Shown one piece after another: positions 49,916 through 63,911 of a DNA stretch of 64,000 nucleotides (positions within the stretch are counted from its first letter, which is position 1; each line of letters starts with the position of its first letter). Source of the DNA: Tubiluchus corallicola (Eukaryota > Animalia > Priapulida); NCBI GenBank assembly GCA_030141605.1, contig JAQGDQ010000535.1:1-64000 (forward strand), written 5' to 3'. A model generated the notes under the pieces. The model was not told where the DNA came from. It saw only the letters and a program-made list of their open reading frames with translations, and did not search any database. The position numbers and the translations under genes were made by a program.

Positions 49916-49984
49916 GAGTGAGAGTGAGAGTGAGAGAGAGAAAGAGAGAGAGAGAGAGAGCGAGAGCGAGAGAGCGAGAGAGAG

Positions 49985-50031
<47 letters not shown>

Positions 50032-50101
50032 GAGTGAGAGTGAGAGTGAGAGAGAGAAAGAGAGAGAGAGAGAGCGAGAGCGAGAGAGCGAGAGAGAGAG
50101 C

Positions 50102-50139
<38 letters not shown>

Positions 50140-50154
50140 GAGGGAGAGAGAGAG
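49795..50154. repeat. Compound (GA)n/(GGGA)n/(GAGTGA)n microsatellite
   Basis: Seen directly. Confidence 0.95.
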
Positions 50155-50203
50155 ATTTGATTTAATTCTTTATTACAATACACACGATTTTGAGTTCACG
50201 TAC

Positions 50204-50369
50204 CTCTTCTCCCTCTCGAGACGATATTCCCTCTACGATCGTCTGATCTTCGTTGAGTTTGATGGCGCAAATTCCGGCGAACATCTTCTTGAAGTGTTTC
50301 TGCAGTCGACCGACGTTCTTGCTGTTTCCGATGATCTCGAGCAAATCTTCATCGCCGATGAAATAAAAT
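50204..50369 (-). CDS. DYNC1H1: Dynein heavy chain exon 8
   Basis: [25 protein letters not shown]; phase 2/0. Confidence 0.95.
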
Positions 50370-51151
50370 CTGAGAAAATGACGAAAACTTGTAAATATGC
50401 GTGGACAGTTAAGCAATGTGCAGCTCGGCAACAAATGAGATGGGAGATGTTTCTCTTTGCGTCTCCCCAACACTTAAGAAGTTTTAATGTAATGTAACTT
50501 TTGTTTTGCTGTAATGCATAGTGTGGAATTGGGTACATTGTCTGTAAATTTTAATTAATAAATTGATTTTAGTTAATAAATTAAATTAAATTAAAAAGTT
50601 TGAGTTAGTCAGCTATATAAACCCAACATTTTTCCTCACGAAATGTATAGTGTGGTTCTGTGTACATTGTCTGTGAAATTTAATCGTGTGCTAAATTATA
50701 TTATATTAAAATTTTGAGTTAGTCAGCTACACAAACCCCAACACTTTTCCTTACGAAATAAAATTAGTAAATGAAAATCACCTACCTAATGAAATTTCTG
50801 TACTTACAAAGCTTTGCACTATCTAATATTCATATACAATATTCATTTTGCACCATTTCGTTTTCAAATTTATTTAGCAAAGTGATAAAAAACAGTTTTC
50901 TCAATTAAAGATTGAACATGACGCACAGATTCTAAATTTTTTTTACTAAAATGTCGTTAGCCGTATGGTGCTGCCAGCTAGAGAGCAGAAAAAGCAATAA
51001 GTGACAGAACATATCATAAAGATAAACAGTGCTAAACACTTTCATATTTCAACTAAAAACATTTTCTTACAAAAGAATAAAAAAGTGTTCTGTGCTCATT
51101 GTGTGAAAACCAATTAATATGTTTTTGGAGATGTTGATATTTTCTCACAGT

Positions 51152-51416
51152 AACAACAACAGCAGCAGCAACAGCAACAACAACAAAAACAAAAACAACA
51201 ACAACAGCAGCAACAACAACAACAACAACAACAACAGCAGAGCAGCATCAGCAGCAGCAGCAACAGCAACAACAACAAAAACAAAAACAACAACAACAAC
51301 AGCAACAACAGCAGCAACAACAACAACAACAACAACAACAGCAGAGCAGCATCAGCAGCAGCAGCAGCAACAGCAACAGCAGCAACAACAGCAACAACAA
51401 CAACAACAGCAGCAGC

Positions 51417-51472
<56 letters not shown>

Positions 51473-51524
51473 AAACAGCAGCAGCAGCCGCCGCCACCAC
51501 CACCACCACCACCACAACAACAAT
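51152..51524. repeat. (CAA/CAG)n compound microsatellite adjoining a SINE tail
   Basis: Seen directly. Confidence 0.93.
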
Positions 51525-51799
51525 AATAATCTTTATTTAAAGTTGGCTTTTTGGATGAACAATTAACATTAGCTCAAAGTGCTATTGTTGCCAACTGTAA
51601 ATAACAAAATACAACTACATAACAGAGACTATTATTACTCGACTTATTACCCCAAATACCACGCGCTAGGCAAGGCAACAGCAGGTATCATTTCTAAAGT
51701 CTTTGGTATCGCTGTGTCGAACTCGCGACCTCACAGACGAAAAGCCGACGCGCTACCACTAAACCGTCTAGTTAACAGAAGTTAGTGAAGAAGCTGTTA

Positions 51800-51988
<189 letters not shown>

Positions 51989-53879
51989 TTAATAATTAGA
52001 AACTAGCAGTTAATTACTACAATTATTAAAAACTACAAGAATCGCGAGTGGAAGGAGCTTTACTAAATGTCATTTGTTCAGGATATTAAATTTTAATGAA
52101 TATTAATGAACACCAAAAATCATAATTACAAGATTGTAAGTGCTAAATCTGAAGCCCTGCATCTAAAAATTGAACCAAATGATTACTAGTTAATGATGTG
52201 TGGCAATCAGAAGGTTGTCAGTTCAAGCCTGGATTAGAGATTTTTTACTGTTAATCCAATGGTTACAAATTTACAGCCTTTCCACAGTTTCGTTGTGTGC
52301 ACGCACCGTTGGTGTAGGTCAAAGGTTAAGCGTACCACTGCAACGCGTGTTACTACAACATCACGTCACATTTATGTAAAGCAAAGTCGTCTGCTACGTC
52401 AGTTCAGTCATTTCAGTTGTTTTACATGGATTTTACTTTATTATGCATTAGTCTGTGCACAGAGTAATTTACTAGCAGGATCTTGCTTGGGAACAAAAAA
52501 AATGAACTAGGTAAGGTTCTAGCTAGCTGTTAAAACTGCTACTATTACAACAGCATGGACTGCGAAGCGTTGTCAAGTGAACACAAATGTGTTGTCTGGT
52601 ACACTCAACCTTTGACCTTTTCACGAACAACATCAATTGCTGTAGCAGTGAAAAAGCTTATTCTTTCAGGCTATGCTGCCTCTCTGACAAACTATTAATT
52701 AACAAATTTCCAACTTTCACCTATGGCTGACAGAAGGTAATTTTACACATATAGCAAACAGAACTGACATGATCACACATAAATATCACAACAGATTAAT
52801 TTCAACTTATATTTCGGATTGCCGGAGAAAAGTGGGGAGACGTCGGCCCAGATTTGCCAAATGTCTGTATTTTCTGATACTAAGTAGGCGATGTGTATTA
52901 GACTCACTGTAATGTAGAATAAATCGCCTAATTGTCTCAAAAACGTCTAGTACGGACCTGATATACAAGCTGCACACGTGTCGTTACACGCTGCTTGGTT
53001 GCACTGATGTGATGATGTAAACTAAGTGACGGCCCGCCAACTAGTGGTGAACTTACAAAACAACGGATTGTGTCCGTAGTATGCGGGACTTTTTAGCAGT
53101 CCAGATTTTGTCCGATTTTTCCGGTATCCGTAAAAGCGAGGTCCGGCAAACCGAGATATGAGTGTAGTACTTTACATACAGAAGGACAAAAATGCCATAT
53201 ATTTTAATTCATACATGTAATGAGTACATTTTAATTGCATACATGTACAGCATTGGTTGAATTGCACCCATACGAGATTTTTATTGTACACTTCAAACAT
53301 GCACTGTTTGTCAACGCAGTTACATTGCCGATTTATGAAATTTTATATTAAACGCCTTAAAACACCTGATGATATTGTCCGAGCAATTGCACACTATGCA
53401 ACACATTCATCTGAGAGTACTGCTGGCTATAACATTGAACTGATGTGTACGAGGTACAGTAAGTCCTCGCTTAACGGCGCTAATTAACGTCGTTAAACGA
53501 AGCCAAGATTTGCATTAGAAAGTAATGTAAAAGAATTGAGATGCGTTCCAAAGGCAAAAATCAGTACTGGTTAAATCATGCAAATTAAACATTAATGTTT
53601 CATTCATGTTTCTACTGATTAATCTCTTTTAGCTCTTATGTGCTATTAGAATGTACTATTAGCAATCAGGTTTTAGTCATCCATGACTTGTCTCAACTTC
53701 TTCCTAGACGATGCTGAATCCTGCTGTTGTGAATTTGAGGAACTAATTCTACTATACAGGCTGACGATTTTTGCTCGCAAAGTCAAAATGTACCGCACTC
53801 ATCACACTCTACATGTAAAAATGCTGAAAAATACTTTGTCTGCAGTTGCAAACTTTAAGAAGAAGCAGAAAATTCACAC

Positions 53880-54046
53880 CTTTGAAATCGCGACGTTTCT
53901 ACAGGTAAGAGATGCTTAATGTCGGCAGAGCCGGAGAAAATTCCCTCCAGGTAAACCCAGCGACGCTGTACGTCAATCCAGACATCAAACAGATTGTTGA
54001 TGCGATTCAATTTCTCCTCCCACTGCAGCGCATCCTCCTCAAATTC
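53880..54046 (-). CDS. DYNC1H1: Dynein heavy chain exon 6; not in ORF track
   Basis: [55 protein letters not shown]; phase 0/2. Confidence 0.95.
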
Positions 54047-54223
54047 CTAAAACAAATGCAGCAAACTGAAAGTCATGCAGCATTGCTAATCGGCAATATT
54101 TTCACGACAGCATTTTACAGGACAGTTGAAATGTCCCGGTATTTTTTACACTGATTTGTCTACCAATTTTCCTGTGTTTTCAGAAACAAATCAGAAAATT
54201 TCTGCCAATAGTCACGCACTACT

Positions 54224-54723
54224 CTAACCTAGCCACTGGGGGGGGGGAAGCCAGCCCAACTCAGTGCTGGTCCCAAGCCCGGATAAATAAGGAGGGTTAG
54301 GGTCAAGAAGGGCATCCGCCTGTAAAAACTGCGCCAAAACCTTCTATGAATGAGTCGGTGAGACTTAAAGGTAAAGTCCACAAAGAAGTGGTCAGACCCG
54401 CTCTAATCTATGGGGTGGAAGCAGCTTCTCTAAAGAAGACCGAAGAGAAGAAAATGGGTGTGGTGGAGATGAGGATGTTGAGATGGATGGTGGGAATAAC
54501 AAGAAGAGATAAAATTAGAAATAATAATATCAGAGGAACAGTAAAAGTAGTGGAAGCCTAGCAAGATTGCGATGGTATGGACACCTGAAAAGAAGAGTCG
54601 GTGAAGATCATGTGGGAAGGGAAGACATAAATGAAGAGATGGTCAACAACAGGAATGCGTGGAGAAGACTCATTCACAATGGCGACCCTGCATAGGGAAA
54701 AGCTGGGAAGGTGAAGAAGAAGA
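54224..54723 (+). mobile_element. Bipartite non-autonomous RTE element
   Basis: 14-bp TSD AGTCACGCACTACT (54210-54223, 54724-54737); 5' UTR-like head (GAAGGGCATCCGCCTGTAA) joined to an ORF 3' piece and (GAA)n tail. Confidence 0.85.
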
Positions 54724-55972
54724 AGTCACGCACTACTTTCATGTTAGATAATTGTAATTTAAAACTTATCGACATTTCCTGGAATGTTCCCGTAAGTTAT
54801 GGCGTCTTCTACATCGAGCACAAACTCATAAATTACCTTACATTGCCAATATTGTGTGCAGAAGTCGCAGCTCAATTGTTCTAGCCGTTTCAAACATTTT
54901 AGCGATAAAGAACGTTCATAGTTGAAAATGGTGAATTTTTCTAATCTATAATTTCACGTTCGAGTCGAATACGAAACAAGCATCTCTGAACCTGAGTATT
55001 TTAAGAACATCATTATTGTATCGCTTCATATCGCTCATCATTATAAAATCATTTCACTTTGCTTTATCATTTATGCACTAGAATCACCCAAAAAAATTGA
55101 AGAGTTAGGTTGTTTGAATAATCTTCTTGCTCTTTCTTCCTACAATAGGGGCTTGTGAAAGTTGTAACTGTATATTTAGGTGCTACCATCTATTGATTAG
55201 TTACTTTAAACATTTACTAGTTGAATTCACCCCTTAATGCAATTGTATGTTCCAATGAATATTCAAACTCACTGTATCTCCCCTATTTTCTGTAAATGGG
55301 ATATGTGAAGCCATGTTTTTGCATAGTTCTTTACATATATAAACTGGCTAGATTCCACTTCTAGCCACTGTCTACTCATTCGTGATCACTGCAGGACACG
55401 CTGGTCCTCAGTGTAGCAGTCATTTTACATATAACTATGTAGTGCAATAAAAGTGTTTAGTTTGTGCAAATATTTAATCTTGTGTTTAGTTGTTTATACC
55501 AGTGTTCAATTTCGTCTTCACCAATATCTTTCACAGGGCTGACTTAAGTCGGTTTATTGACACAGGAATATATCTTAAATATATTTATCTGTCACAGCTC
55601 ATATTATTTTATGACTAAACTTTGTCATAACTTACATGTATGTAAACATTAATCGGGAACCGGCCTGAAAAAATAGGGTGTTGCAATATGCTGAGTCTCC
55701 TTGCACTATAACTAGCCACACGTTCAGTACCATTTTTATCGTTAGAAATAATTTACAGTATCGTATCATTATCGTATACGTTTAACATGCCTACAGTATA
55801 CAAAGCAGGTAATTATTTCAATGCAATCAAAAAAGATTCACAAGCCAGCTTTATATTCTTACCAAAACCTCTTGATGATGCAAATAAGCATACACGACGC
55901 TCAACGGATGTACCTGTGATCCGCCTATGAGAAATCACATTTTAAGTTTCTTTAATGTCCAAGTAAAAATAC

Positions 55973-56119
55973 CTTATAATACGGAGACAGCTTCATGGCA
56001 GCCACGCTATTGATGTGCTCCTTGACCTTGGTGAAGAGGTCATCCCAGCCGCGAATCAGACGACATTTATTCTGATAGTTGACCAGGTCCAGCTCGTACG
56101 TCTGCCAAGATTCACGCAC
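55973..56119 (-). CDS. DYNC1H1: Dynein heavy chain exon 5
   Basis: [34 protein letters not shown]; 147 nt. Confidence 0.95.
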
Positions 56120-57448
56120 CTGAAAGAGAAGAAGATTAAACATGCGTCGGCGACTCAGAGATCAACCGTGTGCGAAACAATGCGGATAACAACGGGAAAT
56201 AGACATTAATGTACTTGAGTTGAGCAGTTTAAATTCATCTGTTCATGGATGCTGTTTTATTTTGCAATGATTTTAGGCAATTATTTTATCTTCAATCAAT
56301 CAATCAATCAATTTATCTTCTGTTGATTGGAAGACTATAAATATCATAATCATTATCAGCATTAAATTTGAATTTGCACAGCAAAATCGTCCACAAGTCG
56401 GCAATTAAGCTTTTCTAGTTATTCACATATTCTGAAATGCTGTACATAGAAAACTGCCGTACAGTGAAAATGCTTCCACTCCAGCTGCTTTTTTTTTAAA
56501 TTATGGGTGCTTGCATACCAAAATCGTCCATAAGTCGGCATGAGGATCATTTTGATACCAAGTTCATCACTCTATGTTATTTCTAACCTGAGATAATCCA
56601 AGTTGAAGTTGAGGTGCAGGCTGCACAATGAAAAACATAATCTTGAGAAAATCGCTGTTAAAATGGGCCATTGTTTTTTGTCGCATTTCTACAAGACACT
56701 TAGCAACCGTACAAATGTTGGTTGCTTTGCAAGAACACATTGAAATTAAGTTTAAATCCAATAGATGGCTCTTCCTGATGAAAATCTGGTCTTGGCAGCA
56801 GAAAGAACCTCAAGCAAAATGGCTGCTTCAACAAACTACTATCGGAGTTTGAAAATACAAGTTTCTTTACAATTGCAGTACTACTTTCTAGTCAGAAAAG
56901 TGGATGCAGGGTTATAAAATAATTTTTTTTAGCATTTTTGAACATTTTCTTGATAATTTGATGCTAGAATATAAAAGTCTAATAAATTCAGCATTTGTTT
57001 TTATAAAGAACAAAAAATTAACATTTGATACAATTTTTGGTGCATTCTACTTTGAAGCATCATAATGTAGTTTTAACTACACCGACTTGTGGACGGTCTT
57101 GATTTGCAAGCAGACACTTTTAAATCTCATCGACAGCATCTAATTGATTACTAAGGGGTGGTTACAAGGCTTTCCATACTAATCTTCCATACCCCCACTC
57201 TTACTGTTTATTTCTAATGTGAAGTAACTATAGTTAAACAAATGTGATGATGAAATGTATGAGGCACAAAATTTGAATTGAATTAAACTGAAAAAAAACG
57301 GCCGCAATAGATTGAAGAACATACGTGTCTTGTTCAAATGTTCCGTATTCCAAATTGGATACGTGAATGCACTCTGTGGATTTCACTGACATTCAACAAA
57401 TTATTTTACTTTTTTGCTCGCTAGATGGCTCTTCTAGATCACACTCAC

Positions 57449-57658
57449 CTGCTTGAGAAACTCTTCTAGAGCCTTCTCGCCCTGCGCCACCAGGATGACG
57501 TCACGAATGATCCGCTCGTTTTTCTGCAGGTCCACGTCCCAGACGTGTCCGAGCGTCAGCTCCGACAGAATCCAGTTTACGTGGAGTTGTTTCATCAACG
57601 TCTTCCAGTGTCGCTCCTTCAGCGCCTCGGATTTCAGTTCGATGATCAGCGTGTTCGA
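57449..57658 (-). CDS. DYNC1H1: Dynein heavy chain exon 4
   Basis: [31 protein letters not shown]; 210 nt. Confidence 0.95.
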
Positions 57659-58312
57659 CTGAAGAAAGAAAGTCAATTGAATAAAATAAACGTCAGACAG
57701 AGCGTTTTGCGCTTGACAGATTGGCATCTTTGCATCTTGCAGAAACTTGCAAAAATAAATGCAAGAGATGAAAAAATGTTCAGAGACCCAAATAAACATA
57801 AACAATAACTCTTTCAGGACCAAACCATTCAGAATCATTTCATAACAATTTTCACCAGTATTTCACATAAAATCTAAAGGTTTTTTTAGTTTAATCAAGA
57901 TTGACCTTATTTTGTTGCCCACTAATTAAAGTAAATGTATTTTCTTTACACTGGATTACTTAATTATATAGCAAATATCATAATTTTAAAATTATTAATG
58001 TTTCCTAAATTATACTGATAACATTAATGCCCACTAGTGTCTAAACATCATTTTATCTATATTCGGTAAAGGATAGCAGACTAGGTGACTTTATAGTCTT
58101 TTCGCTATCCTTTCTCTAGTTCTAGATCCATCTATTCATTTTAACCATTCTTCAAAACTTATTAGCGATTCTTTTATTAATCATGTTTTATTTTAACATA
58201 ACATCATTTCACAGTCAAGTTCTTTATAGTGATAATTGTAGTACTTGCTACTGTAATTTGATTACATTAAATTAGTCACTATAGTAGTATTGTATTGTTA
58301 GTCTAATTAGTG

Positions 58313-58950
58313 TAGTAGTGTAGGAGTCCCACTAACACCCCCCCTCGTCTTGTGATTGTGTTCTGCAATACCTGCAATACTCGCGACTTATTTCAAATGC
58401 GTGAAACCCGTACAGGTATGAAGTGTACATGATACATACGTCACAGCTATAGCCTGAGACGTGCAACCTGGCAGTCAGTCGGCCGTTATTGAAAGGCTTA
58501 GGTCACGTAAAATGACCATCGTCTGATCTTCGCATGTCTGTGAAAAGACAGTCAGAAATGTCGATTAGCATCGTCGATGTTGTAGTGCAGTAGACGTCAC
58601 TATTTCTTCTGTCAACAGCCATTGCTTACAGTGCTGACGGGTCTTTGTCGAGTACGTTGCTATGGTTTGATGAGGGGGTTACCGTTACCGTCATCGTCCG
58701 AGGATTCGTCCAAACCTGAAGTCACGCTAAAGTTTATGGTGGACAGTCCATTGTTGCTGGAGCAAACCATAGTTGGTAAATCCATGGATGTTACCCCACA
58801 GGTTAGCAGTAAGCCAAGACTTTTGTACTTTTGCTCAGCGTTTGCTAGCTATCATAATTCCGTTTGTATATGATCATCGTTGGATTGCCGTCATCGAGAG
58901 TGCGTCATCATTTGCACGTGCTGCCCCCACTAACACCTCCCTTCTCTATT
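58313..58950 (-). mobile_element. Possible decayed piggyBac-like transposase remnant
   Basis: Broken Cys-rich C-terminal-like peptide (DMRRSDDGHF...SGYSCDVC...GFHAF); direct repeat CCCACTAACACC at 58327 and 58927. Confidence 0.3.
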
Positions 58951-59211
58951 ATTAGACTAGAGAATATATTTGCTTATTTGCTGCACTGTGATTGATTGTT
59001 ATTGTTAACTATTTCTTTTCTCCTGGTTAAAGTAGTAATCAATTAAATTTTGTTATATATAACTTAATAGTTGGTTTGGCATTCTATCTACCATCGAACA
59101 TTACTAGCTCATTAAGACTCCTAGGCTCAGGTTCCGCGTGCCCCCGTATGAAACAGCAAAGCCTTAGCCCGACTCCAGGATTCTAGTAGTAAATTATCTA
59201 ACACTATAAAG

Positions 59212-59679
59212 CAGGGATGTGCAAATTATCTAACTAGCCGGGCCACACGCAGTTTGATCAAGGAGCCAAGTACAGAAGGGCCTAATAACGATTTTTTGCT
59301 TCCGACCTGCGTACATCATTACTACTACACTCAAGAAACTATTTTAGAAATTATTAAAATTTATATTACAAACCATATATTTCTACTTTCAGGACAGATA
59401 GTGGTAATTTCATTACAATGCGTATTAGTAATGTGTATAACACAGTCTGTGTAGTACAGTGACATTAAGCTACAACCGTCTTGTAAGGGTTAATGGCATC
59501 CGATCTAGTAGAAAAAACTACCCCCACTGTCTTTGGGATCGTGGTACGGACTTCAGCTGGATACACTCAATTAATCGCCCAGGCCGCACTTTCATTAGGT
59601 TGACAAATCTCTTCGTGGGCCGCACAAATTCTCTCGGCGTGCCGCAAGTGGCCCGCGGACTGCAATTTGCACACCCCTG
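59212..59679. mobile_element. hAT MITE, second copy
   Basis: CAGGGATGTGCAAA ... TTTGCACACCCCTG; degenerate TSD CTATAAAG/CTATAGAA. Confidence 0.82.
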
Positions 59680-59796
59680 CTATAGAACCCCACGACTTAC
59701 ACCTCGTTTATAGGGCGGTCGTGCCTGCTTTTCATGACATTGAGAATCAGAGTACGTTACCTATAGACCTGGCTTCACAATTTACCCTGTACCCAC

Positions 59797-59907
59797 CTTT
59801 GCATAGCCTCTCAACAACCTGCTCACGTGCTCGTAGGAAGCGTACTGGCGTAGGCGAGCCGGTAAATCCTTCAGGGTACTCAGTAGCGTGTCCAGTTCCT
59901 GACGAAG
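59797..59907 (-). CDS. DYNC1H1: Dynein heavy chain exon 3; not in ORF track
   Basis: [37 protein letters not shown]; 111 nt. Confidence 0.94.
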
Positions 59908-60151
59908 CTAAAGTGGAAAAAAACACACTCGAATTTAACACTTTTGTCAAGGAACAAGAAAAAATTAAATGCAATAATCTTTAAAAGGTGAAATTAATAC
60001 GCAGTAATAACTTTTTTCTATAAAGTGATTGAGAACCTACTATTTACAAAATGGAATAAAATGCTACAATTAAATTGGCACTAACTACATAAAATTAATC
60101 TATGTGTGTCATACTTTACTAATGTCGTAGTATTCTATAAGTAGCATTTAA

Positions 60152-60757
60152 AGAAAGACAGGATGATTTTTCATATACTACCCCATTTTCAAGTACAGTA
60201 AAAAGTATACATTTCAACACAATTAAAACTGCAAAAGCGTTTCTGATAATTAAATGATAGATTAAAAACTTAATCAATGGCGGGCGAGTGCAACTATTGA
60301 TGACATCACAAACTAACATACTTTTCACCAGCAAAAATATTCCACGAGTGAGTTGCACGTGTTTGCGAAAGCGAAAATAGAAGTTTAGTGCTACTGTAAG
60401 ATATTCAGTGTGTTGTACTAAAACTAGGCAAGTTTTGAGATAAAAATTCTAATTTCAAATTTACTTCTGTGCTCACGCATGAGCTGTCGAACGTGTGTAG
60501 TTTGTCACAAACTGAGAGGTACAGCACCTGATTTTTGTGTAATACATTTCCACAATGCAGGTGCTAGTGCCCGTCTAACTAGCGAATGGCGAAATGCATG
60601 AAACAGCGAAGAACTAGTGGCGCGAAGGTGAAACTGCATCTGTGTGATACTAATCCTTTCACGTAAGTCATTTTTGAAAAAAATAATATGTTCTCTTTCA
60701 ATAGTTTAAAGAGTAGATTGTTTTGACCTACAGCTGAAAACTGCGTCCAGGTTTGCT
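60152..60757 (+). mobile_element. Kolobok-like MITE family B, near-complete
   Basis: TTAA at both ends; homologous to 2083-2630. Confidence 0.72.
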
Positions 60758-60805
60758 TTAATGAACTAACAAAAATAAAAGCATTCATATTTTGCAAAAA
60801 CAACA

Positions 60806-61386
60806 ACCTAGCCACTGTGGCAAGCCAGCCCAACTCAGTGCCGGTCCCAAGCCCGGATAAATAGGGAGGGTTAGGGTCAGGAAGGGCATCCGCCTGTAAT
60901 AACTGTGCCAAAACCTTCTATGAATGAGTCGGTGAGACTTAAAGGTAAAGTTCACAAAGAAGTGGTCAGACCCGCTCTAATCTATGGGCTGGAAGCAGCT
61001 TCTCTAAAGAAGACCGAAGAGAAGAAAATGGGTGTGGTGGAGATGAGGATGTGGAGATGGATGGTGGGAATAACAAGAAGAGATAAAATTAGAAATAATA
61101 ATATCAGAGGAACGTGTGTGGGTGGTTGGGGTTGGTGAGAAGAGTCGGGAAGATCAGTGGGAAGGGAGGTCATGGAAATGGAAGTGCTGGGAAATAGAAG
61201 AAGAGGAGTAAAAGTAGTGGAAGCCTCGCAAGATTGCGACGGTATGGACACCTGAAAAGAAGAGTCGGTGAAGATCATGTGGGAAGGGAAGACATAAATG
61301 AAGAGATGGTCAACAACAGGAATGCGTGGAGAAGACTCATTCATAAGTCCCCGCATAGGGAAAAGCTGGGAAGAAGAAGAAGAAGA
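60806..61386 (+). mobile_element. Bipartite non-autonomous RTE element, second copy
   Basis: 19-bp TSD ATATTTTGCAAAAACAACA (60787-60805, 61387-61405). Confidence 0.87.
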
Positions 61387-61424
61387 ATATTTTGCAAAAA
61401 CAACATTTTTCTTGTGTCAGCTAC

Positions 61425-61570
61425 CTTCTTGGGATGAATTGACAACCAAGTCTTATCCTTCAGCTCGTCAATTTTCTCCCAAATCTTTGACAGTTCCGCC
61501 CAGACACCCTTTAGATCAGCCAGTTCTTCGAGAGCCACTTGCACCCGCTCCTCGGTCGGACTAACAACTC
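61425..61570 (-). CDS. DYNC1H1: Dynein heavy chain exon 2
   Basis: [33 protein letters not shown]; phase 1/0. Confidence 0.94.
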
Positions 61571-62724
61571 CTAAAAAAAGAAAAAGCGGAACTCAACCGT
61601 GTGACAAAGTGCAGATCTTTAACTATATTCTGAGATCATACACTTAGCCCGACAATAATACTTCTGTTTCGGTTTAATCGTCCGGGTAATATTTTTTTAC
61701 AATTTTTTTTTGTACGTTCGTAAACTTACCTGATGGCATTTTTTTAGTTTAAAACGTACAATGTAATAATTAGTATAACGTCGTTGTTAGGCGAGGACGC
61801 AGCCATGTTTTTCTACGGCTAACTGTCGGCCGGTGTTGCAGATTGTACGATGCTGATTATCACATTGAAGGCTAAAAATCAGCATATTTTCCGACAAATT
61901 CGCATAGCAGCAACCAACTAGTGTTGCCACTTATACCATAGTTATCACAACATACACGTTTATGATACAAAAAAGAGACAATACAATAATCGACAATCAT
62001 ACGACAATTCAGTAAAGCGAAAACAAATAGAAAAAAACTACTATTTTCCACGGCTAACTCTCGATCAGGGTTGCTGTTTTATATCAAATTTTACGCCAAA
62101 TTGGTGTATTAATGGCCGAGTAGTGTTGCCACTTATACCATAATTATCAGAACATACATGATTTCGTGATACAAAAAAGAGACTATACAATAATCGATAA
62201 TTATATGATAATTTAGTAATGAGAAGCTAAAAAACAAAAGCGTGAAAAAATGTGCATTGAAAACACTTAAAACATTGCAGCTACTCAGTGGGAAATAAAC
62301 AAACTTTGATTTCAATTAATTTTAAATATTCCATGATTCAGCTTTAAACATTCGCAAAGCTTTAACAAAAAAATTTCTCCCTCCCTACTGACATCTTTTG
62401 AGCTCATGAAGTAAGAGAGAAACAATTTTTTGTGGCCGTCCTTACGACTGAAGGGATTCGTCTTTGTATAGACGGGAAAATAACGGACAGAAATTTATCA
62501 TTTATAAAATACCTGATGCAATTCGTCTACTTTCAAGGAACAATTTCAAAGGAACTAACCTTTATTGAAAAAAAAGTCTAGATAGCCATAACATAAAAAG
62601 GCATTTGAAACGTCCACCTGAACGATGGAAAGCAGCAGTAACAGTAGCAATGTGACAGGACTGGGAGAGAGGAGAAAAAACCGATATTCACTTGATCCGT
62701 ATTCAGACGTGCTGGCAGGTGGGA

Positions 62725-63093
62725 GTTCGAATCAAATCGAATTTGTGACTTTTGAATTGAAGTGAAACCGAATTTCAGCATTTGGAGTTCGAATCGAATT
62801 CGAATTGCGTTCGAAAGATTTTCGCACAAGTTCTCGAACCGCCAGTAAAAAGCGGTTTTACAAAGATCATGCATATTGCTCAATTTTGTTGTGCAGTACA
62901 AAACCACTAATAATTAGTTCAAAAATTGAACTCAGAAGTCGCTACCAAAGTGCGCTAATTGCGAGACGTTTAAAATACTTTAATGACAAAAGAACGTGGT
63001 TGAAGTGCTGACTTATTTGAATCTATAATTTTAGGTTCGAATTGAATTCGAATTAAAAAAACTCGTTCGAACTCGAACGTTCGATGCTCACTC
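62725..63093. mobile_element. TTCGAA-rich DNA transposon-like remnant
   Basis: Clusters of TTCGAA palindromes at both ends; no clear TIR or TSD. Confidence 0.35.
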
Positions 63094-63219
63094 CAACTTG
63101 ACAGGTTCATTTTTTTCCAAAAGAAAGTGATGAGGTACTTTGAACACACCACAGTATATAGAAGGTGTGACAAAAGTCCTATACAACACAAGAAAAGATG
63201 TTGTCTGAAATAAACTAAC

Positions 63220-63442
63220 CGGGCTCTTGCAGCTCCAGCGCCTCTTTTGCCTTGCACACGTTGTCACGATCCTCTTTCAGCCGAGAGAATTTCCCCTCCA
63301 TGATGGAGATTTCTTTCAGGGCGGTGTCCGGTCGCATGCTGCCCTCTACGGGCTTGCCCTTGTCCCATTCGCCCAAAACGTCGGTCGTACGAACTTCCAC
63401 TGCTTGGTCTTCTGCTACGATCTTCGTCTGCAGTGTTGCCAC
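63220..63442 (-). CDS. DYNC1H1: Dynein heavy chain exon 1 of window
   Basis: [29 protein letters not shown]; phase 0/1. Confidence 0.94.
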
Positions 63443-63579
63443 CTACAGGCAAAATTTAAAAGATTTGAAAAATTAAAGTTTAGTTTATTTTTAGTTTATT
63501 AAAAACTCTTGTAACCCGAAGGTTAAATTACATTAGATTAATTAAGAAACACCGAGGTTTAAAATTACAATTAAATTGC

Positions 63580-63580
<1 letters not shown>

Positions 63581-63659
<79 letters not shown>

Positions 63660-63911
63660 CTTTATTTAAAGTCAGCTTTTGGGTCAACAATTAACATTAG
63701 CTCAAAGAGCTATTATCGCCGACTGTAAATAACAACCTACAACTACATAACAGAGACTATTATTACCCCACTTTTATCCTTAATGCCACGCGTCAGGCAG
63801 GGCAAAGCAGGTACCATTTTTAAAGTCTTTGGTATAACCCAGCCGCTGGATCGAACTCACGACCTCCCAGACGGAAAGCAGAGGCATTACCACTAGACTA
63901 AACCGTCTGGC
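63581..63911 (-). mobile_element. tRNA-derived SINE with long (TTA)n tail
   Basis: Reverse complement of 36800-37070. Confidence 0.85.

Noticed and set aside
51114-51526. PolyQ/polyP ORF resembling a huntingtin-like tract
   Set aside because: A (CAA/CAG)n microsatellite continuous with a SINE tail, with no flanking coding context.
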